DNA of 64,000 nt from an uncultured Acidobacteriota bacterium (GTDB lineage: Bacteria > Acidobacteriota > Thermoanaerobaculia > Multivoradales > UBA5704), in NCBI GenBank assembly GCA_963700145.1, contig OY969474.1:3616001-3680000 (forward strand), in the 5' to 3' direction. Position 1 is the stretch's first letter. Every line of letters starts with the position of its first letter. Made by a program: the position numbers and the translations under genes. This document shows positions 9,546 to 17,922 of this stretch, in pieces. The notes under the pieces were generated by a model. That model saw nothing but the letters and a program-made list of their open reading frames with translations, searched no databases and was not told the DNA's origin.

Positions 9546-11308
9546 ACGAAGGTGTAGAGGTCGCCGGGCATGCCGCCGCCGGCCGCGAAACCGCTCCGCC
9601 GCCGCTGCCGCCAGACCGGCAGCAGCTCCCGCCACTCCTCCGGGAGCGCCTCGCGGTCGAGCAGGAAGTCCTCGAGCGCCAGGCAGTCGATCTCGGCGTC
9701 GGCGAAGCAGTAGAGAGCGTCCACCGGCGAGCAGACGATCGGCTCGCCGCGCACGTTGAACGAGGTGTTGAGCAGCAGCGGACACCCGGTGCGGCGGTGG
9801 AACGCCGCGAGGAGAGCGGCGAAGCGCGGCGCGGTCGCCGGATCGACGGTCTGCGGCCGCGCCGAGCCATCGGCATGGGTGACGGCGGGGAGGTCGAGCG
9901 GCGAGGTCACGGCGCAGGTCTCGAGCATGAAGGGCGAGGGGTGCGCGAGCGCGAAGTGGCCGGCGGCGTGCGCCGCGAGGACGCTCGGCGCGAAGGGGCG
10001 GAAGCCCTCGCGTCGCTTGACCGCGCGGTTGAGGCGGTCGCGCATCCCGGGATCGCGCGGATCGGCCAGCAGGCTCCGCGCCCCGAGCGCGCGCGGCCCG
10101 AGCTCCATCGCTCCCTGGAACCAGGCCACGACCTTCCCGGCGACGAGCCGGTCGACCACCGCCTCGAGCAGCTCGGCTTCGCGGCCGCGGAAGTCGCGGG
10201 CCGCGAGGCCGGTCGCGGCGAGCAGGCCGGCGACCTCGTCCGCCGTCCAGCGCGGGCCCAGGAAGACGTGCCGCAGCGGCTCGGGCGGCCGGCCGCCGGC
10301 CAGCTCGACGTGGGCCAGCGCGGCGGCCCCGAGGCAGCCGCCGGCGTCGCCGGCGGCGGGCTGCACGAAGAGCTCCGCGAAGCCGCTCTCGCGCCGGATG
10401 CGGCCGTTGGCGGCGGCGTTGAGCGCCACGCCGCCGGCCATGCAGAGGTTGCGGGCGCCGGTCTCGGCGCGCAGCCAGCGGGCCTTCTCGAGCAGCACCT
10501 CCTCGAGGACGAGCTGGAGGCTCCGCGCCAGGTCGCGGTGGAAGCGGGTGAGCTCCGTGCCGGGGCGCCGGGGCGGCTCCCCCAGCAGGTCGCAGAGCGC
10601 GGCGGAGTACATCCGGCGCCCGCGCACGAAGTCGAAGTAGCGGAGGTCGAGCGCGAGCTCCCCGCCGGGTCCGCACTCGACGAGCGCCCGCAGTGCCGCG
10701 ACGTAACGCGGCTCGCCGCAGGCGGCGAGGCCCATGACCTTCCCCTCGCCGTCGTCGACCGCGAAGCCGAGGTAGGAGGTGAGCGTCGAGTAGAAGAGCC
10801 CCAGCGAGTGCGGGAAGTGGACCTCCGCGAAGAGGTCGAGACGGCCCGCCTCGCCGCGGCCGTAGGTCGTGGTGGCCCACTCGCCGACGCCGTCGACGGT
10901 CAGCAGGGCGGCCGCGGGGAAGCCCGAGAAGAGGAAGGCGCTGGCGGCGTGGGAGCGGTGGTGAGGGAACGAGACGATCGGCCCCTCGTAGCCCAACCCC
11001 TCGCGGATCGCGCGCTCCGGGCGGCCGGGGTCGAGCCAGGCGAGGTCCGGCGCGGGCCCTTCGGGCGGCCCCGCCCAGAGCTGGCGGGCGAGCTTGTCGA
11101 CCGGCTGCTCGTAGTAGGCGACGCAGTCGAGGTCGGCCACGCCCAAGCCGCCGGCGCGCAGGCAGGAGCGGAAGGCCGCGGCCGGCAGACGCGGGTCGTG
11201 CTTGAGGCGCGAGAACCGCTCCTCCGCGGCCGCCGCCACGAGCCGGCCGTCGCGGAGCAGGCAGCAGGCGGAGTCGTGGAAGAAGGCCGAGATGCCGGCG
11301 ACGTTCAA
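9542..11308 (-). CDS. Carbamoyltransferase, NodU/CmcH family
   Basis: GISAFFHDSA, EERFSRLKH, HHRSHAASAF, DGVGE, GGVALN, GPRALGARS, RPFAPS, LNTSFN; TTG start. Confidence 0.95.
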   Translation of the reverse strand: MNVAGISAFFHDSACCLLRDGRLVAAAAEERFSRLKHDPRLPAAAFRSCLRAGGLGVADLDCVAYYEQPVDKLARQLWAGPPEGPAPDLAWLDPGRPERAIREGLGYEGPIVSFPHHRSHAASAFLFSGFPAAALLTVDGVGEWATTTYGRGEAGRLDLFAEVHFPHSLGLFYSTLTSYLGFAVDDGEGKVMGLAACGEPRYVAALRALVECGPGGELALDLRYFDFVRGRRMYSAALCDLLGEPPRRPGTELTRFHRDLARSLQLVLEEVLLEKARWLRAETGARNLCMAGGVALNAAANGRIRRESGFAELFVQPAAGDAGGCLGAAALAHVELAGGRPPEPLRHVFLGPRWTADEVAGLLAATGLAARDFRGREAELLEAVVDRLVAGKVVAWFQGAMELGPRALGARSLLADPRDPGMRDRLNRAVKRREGFRPFAPSVLAAHAAGHFALAHPSPFMLETCAVTSPLDLPAVTHADGSARPQTVDPATAPRFAALLAAFHRRTGCPLLLNTSFNVRGEPIVCSPVDALYCFADAEIDCLALEDFLLDREALPEEWRELLPVWRQRRRSGFAAGGGMPGDLYTFV

Positions 11309-11319
11309 GCGGCTGCGGC

Positions 11320-11958
11320 CTAGCGCGCCGGACCGGCGATCAGCTCGGCGAGCGCGGCGAGGTCGCCGACCGCGTGCGTGGCGGGGCCGGGGCGTGCGTG
11401 CGGGCGCTCGACGTAGACGGTGGTGAGCCCGAGCGAGCGGGCGACGTCGAGGTCGTAGTCGGCGTAGGCCGAGACGTGCCACCAGGCCGCGGATGGCGGG
11501 ACCCCTAGCCGCGCCGCCACAGCGTGCCAAAACCGCGCGTCCGGTTTGTAGAGCTGCAGTTCCTCGGCGGTGATCCAGCCGGCGAGGTGGAAACCGAGCT
11601 GCTCCTGCGCCTGCTCGCCGTGCGCGCGGTCGCTGTTGGTCATGGCGACGCAGGGGGCGACGGCCTGGAGGCGGCGCAGCCCCTCGCGCGAGTCCGGGTA
11701 GAGCGGCCAGGTGCCGACGGCGGCGCCGATCCGGTCCGCCGCCTCGGGCGCGAGGCCGACCTCCTCGACGAGGCTGCGGGCGGTGATCTCGCGGTAGGGG
11801 CGAAACTCGCGCTCGAGGACGGCCTGGCGGTCGACGATGCGGTCGAAGTCGCCCGGCGCGACGGTGACTCCCTCCGCGCGCAGCGCTTCCTCCAAACCGC
11901 GGCGCCAGTCGATGACGGTGCCGAAGATGTCGAAGGTGAGGAGGGCGGGGCGGGGCAT
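11320..11958 (-). CDS. HAD-superfamily hydrolase (haloacid dehalogenase type II-like)
   Basis: TFDIFGTVIDW motif I, MTNSD, YKPD, HVSAYADYD. Confidence 0.88.
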   Translation of the reverse strand: MPRPALLTFDIFGTVIDWRRGLEEALRAEGVTVAPGDFDRIVDRQAVLEREFRPYREITARSLVEEVGLAPEAADRIGAAVGTWPLYPDSREGLRRLQAVAPCVAMTNSDRAHGEQAQEQLGFHLAGWITAEELQLYKPDARFWHAVAARLGVPPSAAWWHVSAYADYDLDVARSLGLTTVYVERPHARPGPATHAVGDLAALAELIAGPAR

Positions 11959-11982
11959 GGCGAGGCAGAATAACGCGTGCCT

Positions 11983-12072
11983 TGTCATTCCGAGCGCAGC
12001 GAGGAATCTGGGGGGCGGGTCCGGCCCGCTGAGCGTCCCCCGCCCAGATCCCTCGCTACGCTCGGGATGACA
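11983..12072. repeat. Palindromic REP-like element (GTCAT(T/C)CCGAGCG...GGATGAC family), copy 1
   Basis: tgtcattccgagcgcagcgaggaatctggg...cccagatccctcgctacgctcgggatgaca long hairpin; five related copies in the window. Confidence 0.9.
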
Positions 12073-14016
12073 AGTAGGGCGCTCGGCACGGCGTGTGGGG
12101 CGCTCCTCGCCGCCGTGCTCCTCGCGGCCTGCCGCGACGAGCCGCGGCCTGCCGCTCGCCCCGCCATACCGACAGTGCCCGAGCTCGCCGCCGCCGCGGA
12201 GGGCGGCCGGCCGGTCCTCTTCGTCGGCCTCGACGGCGCCGACTGGCAGCTCCTCGACCGTTACGCCGCGCGCGGGCTCATGCCGAACCTGGCGGCTCTC
12301 GTCCGCGAGGGGCGCGCCGGCGTGCTGCGCACGCAGCAGCCTCCGCTCTCGCCGCTGCTCTGGACGACGATGACGACCGGCGTCGGGCCGCTCGCCCACC
12401 GCATCCTCGACTTCACGCGGCGCGACCCGGCGACCGGCGCCGAGGAGCCGATCACCGCCGCCGAGCGGCGGGCGCCGGCGGTCTGGAACATGGCGAGCTG
12501 GGCCGGTCGGCGGGTGGCGGTCTTCGGTCTCTGGGCGACCTGGCCGGCCGAGCCGGTGAACGGCCTCCTCGTCGCCGACCGCCTCGCCTCGTTCACCGCG
12601 CGCGGCGGCGCGCCGGCGGCGGGGGTGGTCTTCCCGCCGGAGCGCGAGGCGTGGGCGCGCGCGGCGCTCGCCGCCGCCGAGCGCGAGGTGGATCACGCGG
12701 CGCTCCGCGCCTATCTCCCCTGGCTCGACCGCGCCGCCTACGACGCGGCGGCGGCGCACCCCGACCCCTATGCCGACCCGACCGCCGCGCTCCGCCGCAT
12801 CCTGGTCGAGACCCGGGCCTGGCACCGGCTGGCGAGCGAGTGGATCGCCCAGGAGCGCCCGGACCTGGCGCTCGTCTACCTCCAGGGCACCGACACGATC
12901 GGCCACGTCTTCGCGCCCTTCGCGGCGCCGCGGCAGCCCTCGGTCTCGGCCGACGACTTCGCGCGCTACTCGTTCGTGCCGGAGCGCTACTTCGCCGAGG
13001 TGGACCGCCTGCTCGGGGAGTACCGCCAGTTGGCGGAGCGGAACGGCGCGGTGCTGGTGCTCGCCTCCGACCACGGGTTCCTTTGGGGCGAGGGACGGCC
13101 GGAGCGGCTGGCCAGCGCGGCGGCGGCGACGGCGGGGCGGTGGCATCGCGAGGAGGGGATGTACCTGCTCTGGGGGCCGGGGATTCGGGCGGGGGAACGC
13201 GCGAACGGCTCGATCGACCAGGTGTGCGCCACGCTCCTCGCGCTGCTCGGCCTGCCGCCGGGCAAGGGGCTCGCGGGGCCGCCGCTCCCGGGCGCGCCCC
13301 CGACGCGCGAGGGGCCCTTCGACTACGCCGCGCACTTCCGGCCGGTGGAGCGGGCGGCGGTTCCGGCAGCGAGTGAGGAAGAGCTGGCGAAGCTCCGGGC
13401 GCTCGGCTATCTCCCGCGCACGAGCCGTTCTACCCAGCCCTCTTCCGCCGCCGACCCCACCCGCACCCCCGCCTCCTGGAACCACGAAGGGCTGCTCCTC
13501 CGCCAGGCCGGCCGCCCGCGCGAGGCGCGCGCCGCCTTCGAGCAGGCGCTGGCGCTCGACCCCGCGCACGCCTCCGCGCTCTGGAACCTCTCCGAGCTGC
13601 TCGCCGCGGCAGGCGAGCGGGACCGGGCGGACGAGCTGCTGCTGCAGGCCCTCGCCGCCGGCCTGCCGGAGGGCCCCGAGCGCGTCGCGGCGCGCGCCCT
13701 CGTCTACCGCCGCGGCGGCGAAACGGCGCGCGCCCTCGCCCTCCTCGACCGCGCCCTCGCCGCGCGACCCGACGCCCCGCGCCTCCTGCTCCTGCGCGGC
13801 CGCGAGCGCCTCGACCGCCGCGACTGCGCCGCCGCCCGCGGCGACTTCTCGCGCGCGGTCGCCCTGTCGCCGCGAGACCCCCTCGCCCACGCCTCCCTCG
13901 GCCTCGCCTACCTGTGTCTGGGAGACGAGAGCGCGGGCCGCGCCTCGCTCGAGCGCTCGCTCGCGCTCGACCCCGACCAACCGGAGATCCGGCGTTTCCT
14001 CGCGCCTGGAGGCTGA
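12067..14016 (+). CDS. Alkaline phosphatase/phosphodiesterase-family lipoprotein with C-terminal TPRs
   Basis: Lipobox LLAAC; VGLDGADW, PPLSPLLWTTMTTG, DTIGH, SDHGF, EELAKLRALGYL; TPR repeats. Confidence 0.85.
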   Translation: MTSRALGTACGALLAAVLLAACRDEPRPAARPAIPTVPELAAAAEGGRPVLFVGLDGADWQLLDRYAARGLMPNLAALVREGRAGVLRTQQPPLSPLLWTTMTTGVGPLAHRILDFTRRDPATGAEEPITAAERRAPAVWNMASWAGRRVAVFGLWATWPAEPVNGLLVADRLASFTARGGAPAAGVVFPPEREAWARAALAAAEREVDHAALRAYLPWLDRAAYDAAAAHPDPYADPTAALRRILVETRAWHRLASEWIAQERPDLALVYLQGTDTIGHVFAPFAAPRQPSVSADDFARYSFVPERYFAEVDRLLGEYRQLAERNGAVLVLASDHGFLWGEGRPERLASAAAATAGRWHREEGMYLLWGPGIRAGERANGSIDQVCATLLALLGLPPGKGLAGPPLPGAPPTREGPFDYAAHFRPVERAAVPAASEEELAKLRALGYLPRTSRSTQPSSAADPTRTPASWNHEGLLLRQAGRPREARAAFEQALALDPAHASALWNLSELLAAAGERDRADELLLQALAAGLPEGPERVAARALVYRRGGETARALALLDRALAARPDAPRLLLLRGRERLDRRDCAAARGDFSRAVALSPRDPLAHASLGLAYLCLGDESAGRASLERSLALDPDQPEIRRFLAPGG

Positions 14017-14018
14017 TC

Positions 14019-14112
14019 GCCCCCACCCAGATCCTTCGCTGCGCTCAGGATGACAGGGCGCCCATCGTCATCCTGAGCGCAGCGCAGCGGAGCGAAGGAT
14101 CTGGGCGGGGGC
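14019..14112. repeat. REP-like element, copy 2 (arms in the opposite arrangement)
   Basis: cccagatccttcgctgcgctcaggatgac...gtcatcctgagcgc...gcgaaggatctggg. Confidence 0.9.
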
Positions 14113-14170
14113 CTGTGTTACATTCGCTTTCGTCGATTCATCGCAGCTCTTACCGCTGAGGAGGTTCGCG

Positions 14171-16996
14171 ATGCACCAGCTTCGCCGCGCCTTCGTCCTT
14201 TCCACGCTGCTCGCCGCCGTCGCCGCGGCGGCCTTCGCCCAGACCACCGGCGGCATCGTCGGCCGCGTCACCGACGAGCAGGAGGGCGGCCTCCCCGGCG
14301 TCACCGTCGAGGCGCGCAGCCCGGCCCTCCAGGGGAGCCGCACCGCCACGACCGACGAGATCGGCTTCTACCGCCTGACGCTCCTGCCGCCCGGCGACTA
14401 CACCGTCAGCTTCACCCTCTCCGGCTTCGCCCCGGAGACCCGCTCCGGCGTTGCCGCGGCGCTCGCCAAGGACACCACCCTCAACGCGGTCCTGCGGCCG
14501 GCGGCTGCCGAGGAGATCACCGTCACCGCCGAAGTGCCGGTCGTCGACACCACCTCGACCAGCCTCGGCGCCAACCTCGACGCACGCGCCATCCAGACCC
14601 TGCCGACCGGCCGCAACTACTCGTCGGTCGTGCAGATCGCCCCCGGCGTCTCCTCCGACGCCCACCCCGAGAACACCGGCCAGTCCTCGATCACCGTCTA
14701 CGGCTCGACCGGCGCCGAGAACGTCTTCTACGTCGACGGCGTTAACACCACCGGCGTCGAGTACGGCTTCCAGGGCAAGGAGCTCAACTTCGAGTTCATC
14801 CAGGCGGTAGACGTCAAGACCGGCGGCTACGAGGCCGAGCTCGGACGCTCGACCGGCGGCATCATCAACGTCATCACCAAGAGCGGCGGCAACGAGTTCC
14901 ACGGCGACGTCTTCGCCTACCACGACGCCGACGGCCTGCAGACCAGCGCCAAGGAAGTGGTCTCGACCGGCGGCACCCAAGTGGGGTTCACACGCGAGGA
15001 CTACGGCTTCGACCTCGGCGGGTACCTGCTCAAGGACCGCCTCTGGTTCTTCGGCGCCTACGACAAGGTGGGCCACGACCTCGACAACTCGCTGCCGGCG
15101 CCGCGCGCAGGGCAGGTCGTGACCTCCGAGAGCGAGCGCGACCTGGCCGCCGCCAAGCTCACCTGGCGCGCCAGCGAGAACCACTCCTTCATCGGCAGCT
15201 TCTTCCAGGACCCGCGCGACGACACCGGTGCGATCAACGACGCCCAGCACACGCTCAACGGCGAGCCCTCGACCTTCACCGGCGTGCGCGGCTTCGGCGG
15301 CAAGGACTACGCGCTGCGCTACGAGGGCATCCTGGGCGGCGACTGGGTGCTCGCCGCGCAGGTGGCGCGGCACGAGGAGGAGAATTCGGTCGGGGGGACC
15401 GGCGCCGACGTCATCCAGTACCGCATCGTCGCCGAGGACTTCCTCCAGACCGGCGGCTTCGGCCTGGTGCAGACCAAGGACTTCCAGCGCGACTTCGCCG
15501 GGCTCTCGGCCACCCGCTTCCTCGGCCGGCACGAGCTCAAGGCCGGCTTCGAGACCGAGGACCAGGCCGCCGAGGTGGTGCGGCGCTTCTCCGGCGGCCA
15601 GCAGGTGGACGTCCACTCGGCCGGCGGCCGCAACGTCTACAGCCACTTCTACTGGACGACGCCCGACGCGACGATCACCAACGCCCCGATCTCAGCCCTC
15701 GTCGCCTCGCCCGAGCACGAGAACACCACCGTCTTCCTCCAGGACCGCTGGGCGGCGCGCCCGAACCTGACCTTCAACCTCGGCGTGCGCTGGGACCGCC
15801 AGGAGATCATCGACGCCTCGGGGGTCAAGCGGATCGACTTGAAGGACGACTACGCGCCGCGCCTGGGCTTCGTCTGGGACCCGAGCGGCGAGCACGCGAG
15901 CAAGCTCTTCGGCTCCTACGGCCGCTACTACGAGCAGCTCCCCATGGACCTGGTCATCCGCTCCTTCTCCTTCGAGCGGCAGGCGCGCATCTTCAACTTC
16001 GACCCGGTGGGGACGGCGCCCGACCCGGCGGCGGAGGCGGCGCTGCAGCGCGAGTCGGCGATCTTCGGCGGCTTCACCGAGCCGGTCCAGCCCGGCCTCG
16101 AGAACCAGTACATCAACGAGTACCTGCTCGGCTACGAGCGGCAGGTGCTGCCGGACGTGGCGGTGGGGATCAAGGGCATCTACCGCGACTACGGCCAGGT
16201 GGTCGAGGACTTCCTCTGCGCCGACGACGGCACCTACTGCATCGGCAACCCGGGCGAAGGGATCATGAGCCGAGTCTTCACCCTCGACTACGCGCAGACC
16301 TTCCCGGCGCCGGAGCCGAAGCGGGTCTTCAAGGGGGTGCAGCTCGACGCCACCAAGCGCTTCTCCAACAACTGGCAGGGGCTCGCCTCCTACCTCTACT
16401 CGAAGCTCGACGGGAACTTCGACGGCCTCTTCGCCCCCTTCACCAACATCGGCCCCGACCCCAACATCACCGCCGCCTACGACTACTTCGACTTCTTCAC
16501 CAACGGCAGCGACCTCTCGCGCATCACCAATGAAGGGCCGCTGTCAAACGACCGCCGGCACCAGTTCAAGGCCTCGGGCGTCTACTTCACCCCCTGGAAG
16601 CTCTCGGTCGGCGTCTCGGCCTACTACCGCACCGGCACCCCGGTCACCCGCTACGGCTACTCCGACATCTACGGCCGCTACGAGTTCTTCCTGACCAAGC
16701 GCGGCGCCGAGGGGCGGACCCCGGACACCTACGAGGCGGACGTCCACCTGGGCTACCCCTGGGAGGTGGGCCCGGTGACGGTGAACTTCCTCCTCGACGT
16801 CTTCAACATCCTCGACGCGCAGCGTCCGGTCCTGCTGGATCAAAGATGGGGCTTCGAGGAAGCCCACAACGACGACCCCACCCCGGCCAACCCGCCAGGC
16901 GATCCTGGGTCTGGGCCCCCTCGCCCACGCTACAAACAGCCGGTCCTGCGAACACCGCCGACCTCAGCGCGGATCGGGGTGCGGGTGAGCTTCTAG
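14171..16996 (+). CDS. TonB-dependent receptor, Oar-like, with carboxypeptidase-regulatory N-domain
   Basis: Signal peptide AFAQTTGGIVGRVTD; LPTGRNY; VKTGGYEAELGRSTGGIINVITKSGGNEFHG; C-terminal GVRVSF; RBS gaggagg. Confidence 0.92.
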   Translation: MHQLRRAFVLSTLLAAVAAAAFAQTTGGIVGRVTDEQEGGLPGVTVEARSPALQGSRTATTDEIGFYRLTLLPPGDYTVSFTLSGFAPETRSGVAAALAKDTTLNAVLRPAAAEEITVTAEVPVVDTTSTSLGANLDARAIQTLPTGRNYSSVVQIAPGVSSDAHPENTGQSSITVYGSTGAENVFYVDGVNTTGVEYGFQGKELNFEFIQAVDVKTGGYEAELGRSTGGIINVITKSGGNEFHGDVFAYHDADGLQTSAKEVVSTGGTQVGFTREDYGFDLGGYLLKDRLWFFGAYDKVGHDLDNSLPAPRAGQVVTSESERDLAAAKLTWRASENHSFIGSFFQDPRDDTGAINDAQHTLNGEPSTFTGVRGFGGKDYALRYEGILGGDWVLAAQVARHEEENSVGGTGADVIQYRIVAEDFLQTGGFGLVQTKDFQRDFAGLSATRFLGRHELKAGFETEDQAAEVVRRFSGGQQVDVHSAGGRNVYSHFYWTTPDATITNAPISALVASPEHENTTVFLQDRWAARPNLTFNLGVRWDRQEIIDASGVKRIDLKDDYAPRLGFVWDPSGEHASKLFGSYGRYYEQLPMDLVIRSFSFERQARIFNFDPVGTAPDPAAEAALQRESAIFGGFTEPVQPGLENQYINEYLLGYERQVLPDVAVGIKGIYRDYGQVVEDFLCADDGTYCIGNPGEGIMSRVFTLDYAQTFPAPEPKRVFKGVQLDATKRFSNNWQGLASYLYSKLDGNFDGLFAPFTNIGPDPNITAAYDYFDFFTNGSDLSRITNEGPLSNDRRHQFKASGVYFTPWKLSVGVSAYYRTGTPVTRYGYSDIYGRYEFFLTKRGAEGRTPDTYEADVHLGYPWEVGPVTVNFLLDVFNILDAQRPVLLDQRWGFEEAHNDDPTPANPPGDPGSGPPRPRYKQPVLRTPPTSARIGVRVSF

Positions 16997-17424
16997 TCGC
17001 CCAGCGGATTGCGCCAGCGCAAGCCTGGGAAGCGCGAGAAGTCGCCGTCAGTCGAGTGCAGCTCGCACTGATGTTCGATCGCCAGGGCGGCGAGATGAGC
17101 GTCGGTCGTGAGATTCCCTGCCGCGCCCAAGCTGCGTAGGAGGTCAAGTACGATGCCGGCGTGCCTCTCGCCGGGGTGCAGGATCGTCACTTGGGGACGC
17201 TCCAGCCAGGAGGCCACGATGTCGCAAGCCGCGGCAACGGGCAGCGGCTTGATGAGCACCTTGCGGTGCGTCGTGAGGCGAATGAAGCCCAGGACCACCG
17301 CCCACGCGAGGCTGACCGGCTCGTCGCCCGAGAGGAGCCCCTCCCACCAGAGCTTCGCCTCGGCATGCACCCGAGACTCGCGGTTGTAGGCGTGAATTAG
17401 GAGGCTGAGGTCCGGCAGGATCAC
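16993..17424 (-). CDS. vapC: VapC PIN-domain toxin
   Basis: MILPDLSLLIHAYN...GNLTTDAHLAALAIEH...STDGDFSRFPGLRWRNPL. Confidence 0.92.
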   Translation of the reverse strand: MILPDLSLLIHAYNRESRVHAEAKLWWEGLLSGDEPVSLAWAVVLGFIRLTTHRKVLIKPLPVAAACDIVASWLERPQVTILHPGERHAGIVLDLLRSLGAAGNLTTDAHLAALAIEHQCELHSTDGDFSRFPGLRWRNPLGD

Positions 17425-17681
17425 TGCTGGAGCTTGGCGGCGCTCTCGGCCGCTTCCAGCTCATCGACCAGTTGGTTCAGCTTGTCTGGATCGATGCCCG
17501 GACGAAACCTGAGGTCCTGCGCCTCGACGCGGAACGGCGGGGCAGAGCGCGGCTTGCCGGCCAGCCCCAGCCCCGAGCGCAGCGTCTCGTTGACCACCGC
17601 CGCGGCGCTCTTGCCGCGGCGTCGCACTTCCTGATCGACACGCTGCGCGACGTCCTCGTCGAGGGTGACGGTGGAGCGCAT
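17421..17681 (-). CDS. vapB: VapB-like antitoxin (RHH)
   Basis: MRSTVTLDEDVA...VVNETLRSGL...PGIDPDKLNQLVDELE; overlaps the vapC start. Confidence 0.88.
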   Translation of the reverse strand: MRSTVTLDEDVAQRVDQEVRRRGKSAAAVVNETLRSGLGLAGKPRSAPPFRVEAQDLRFRPGIDPDKLNQLVDELEAAESAAKLQQ

Positions 17682-17712
17682 GGCTACATGCTGAGGTCGA
17701 CCGCCAGTGAAG

Positions 17713-17922
17713 TCAAGGACTTACCCGCCGGATCCGGTACTCGCCGCCGGGGAAGGCCCAGACGAGGGCTTCGATCGTGCCGTCGGGTTTCGCCGCGACG
17801 TTGACCGGCGTGTAGTCCTGGGGGGAGAAGAAGGTGGTGTCGGAGGTGGGGAAGAGCAGCCACTCGCCGAGGAACGCCGCGTCGCCGTCAAAGCGCAGCT
17901 CCTCGATCTGGCCCACCGCCAC
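17713..17922 (-). pseudogene. Probable 3' remnant of a host-GC gene
   Basis: Protein-like 69-codon frame with host codon usage and no RBS, beginning immediately after the stop of the low-GC insert. Confidence 0.35.

Noticed and set aside
11983-12072. REP hairpins as tRNA or IS elements
   Set aside because: No cloverleaf, T-loop or CCA; no transposase; multi-copy palindromes fit a REP family
7425-13980. Long N-terminal extensions in the ORF track (7425-10880, 11320-13980; also 27582-30431, 21085-23361, 22680-24953)
   Set aside because: Extensions overlap bona fide genes in other frames; starts were trimmed to motif- or RBS-supported codons
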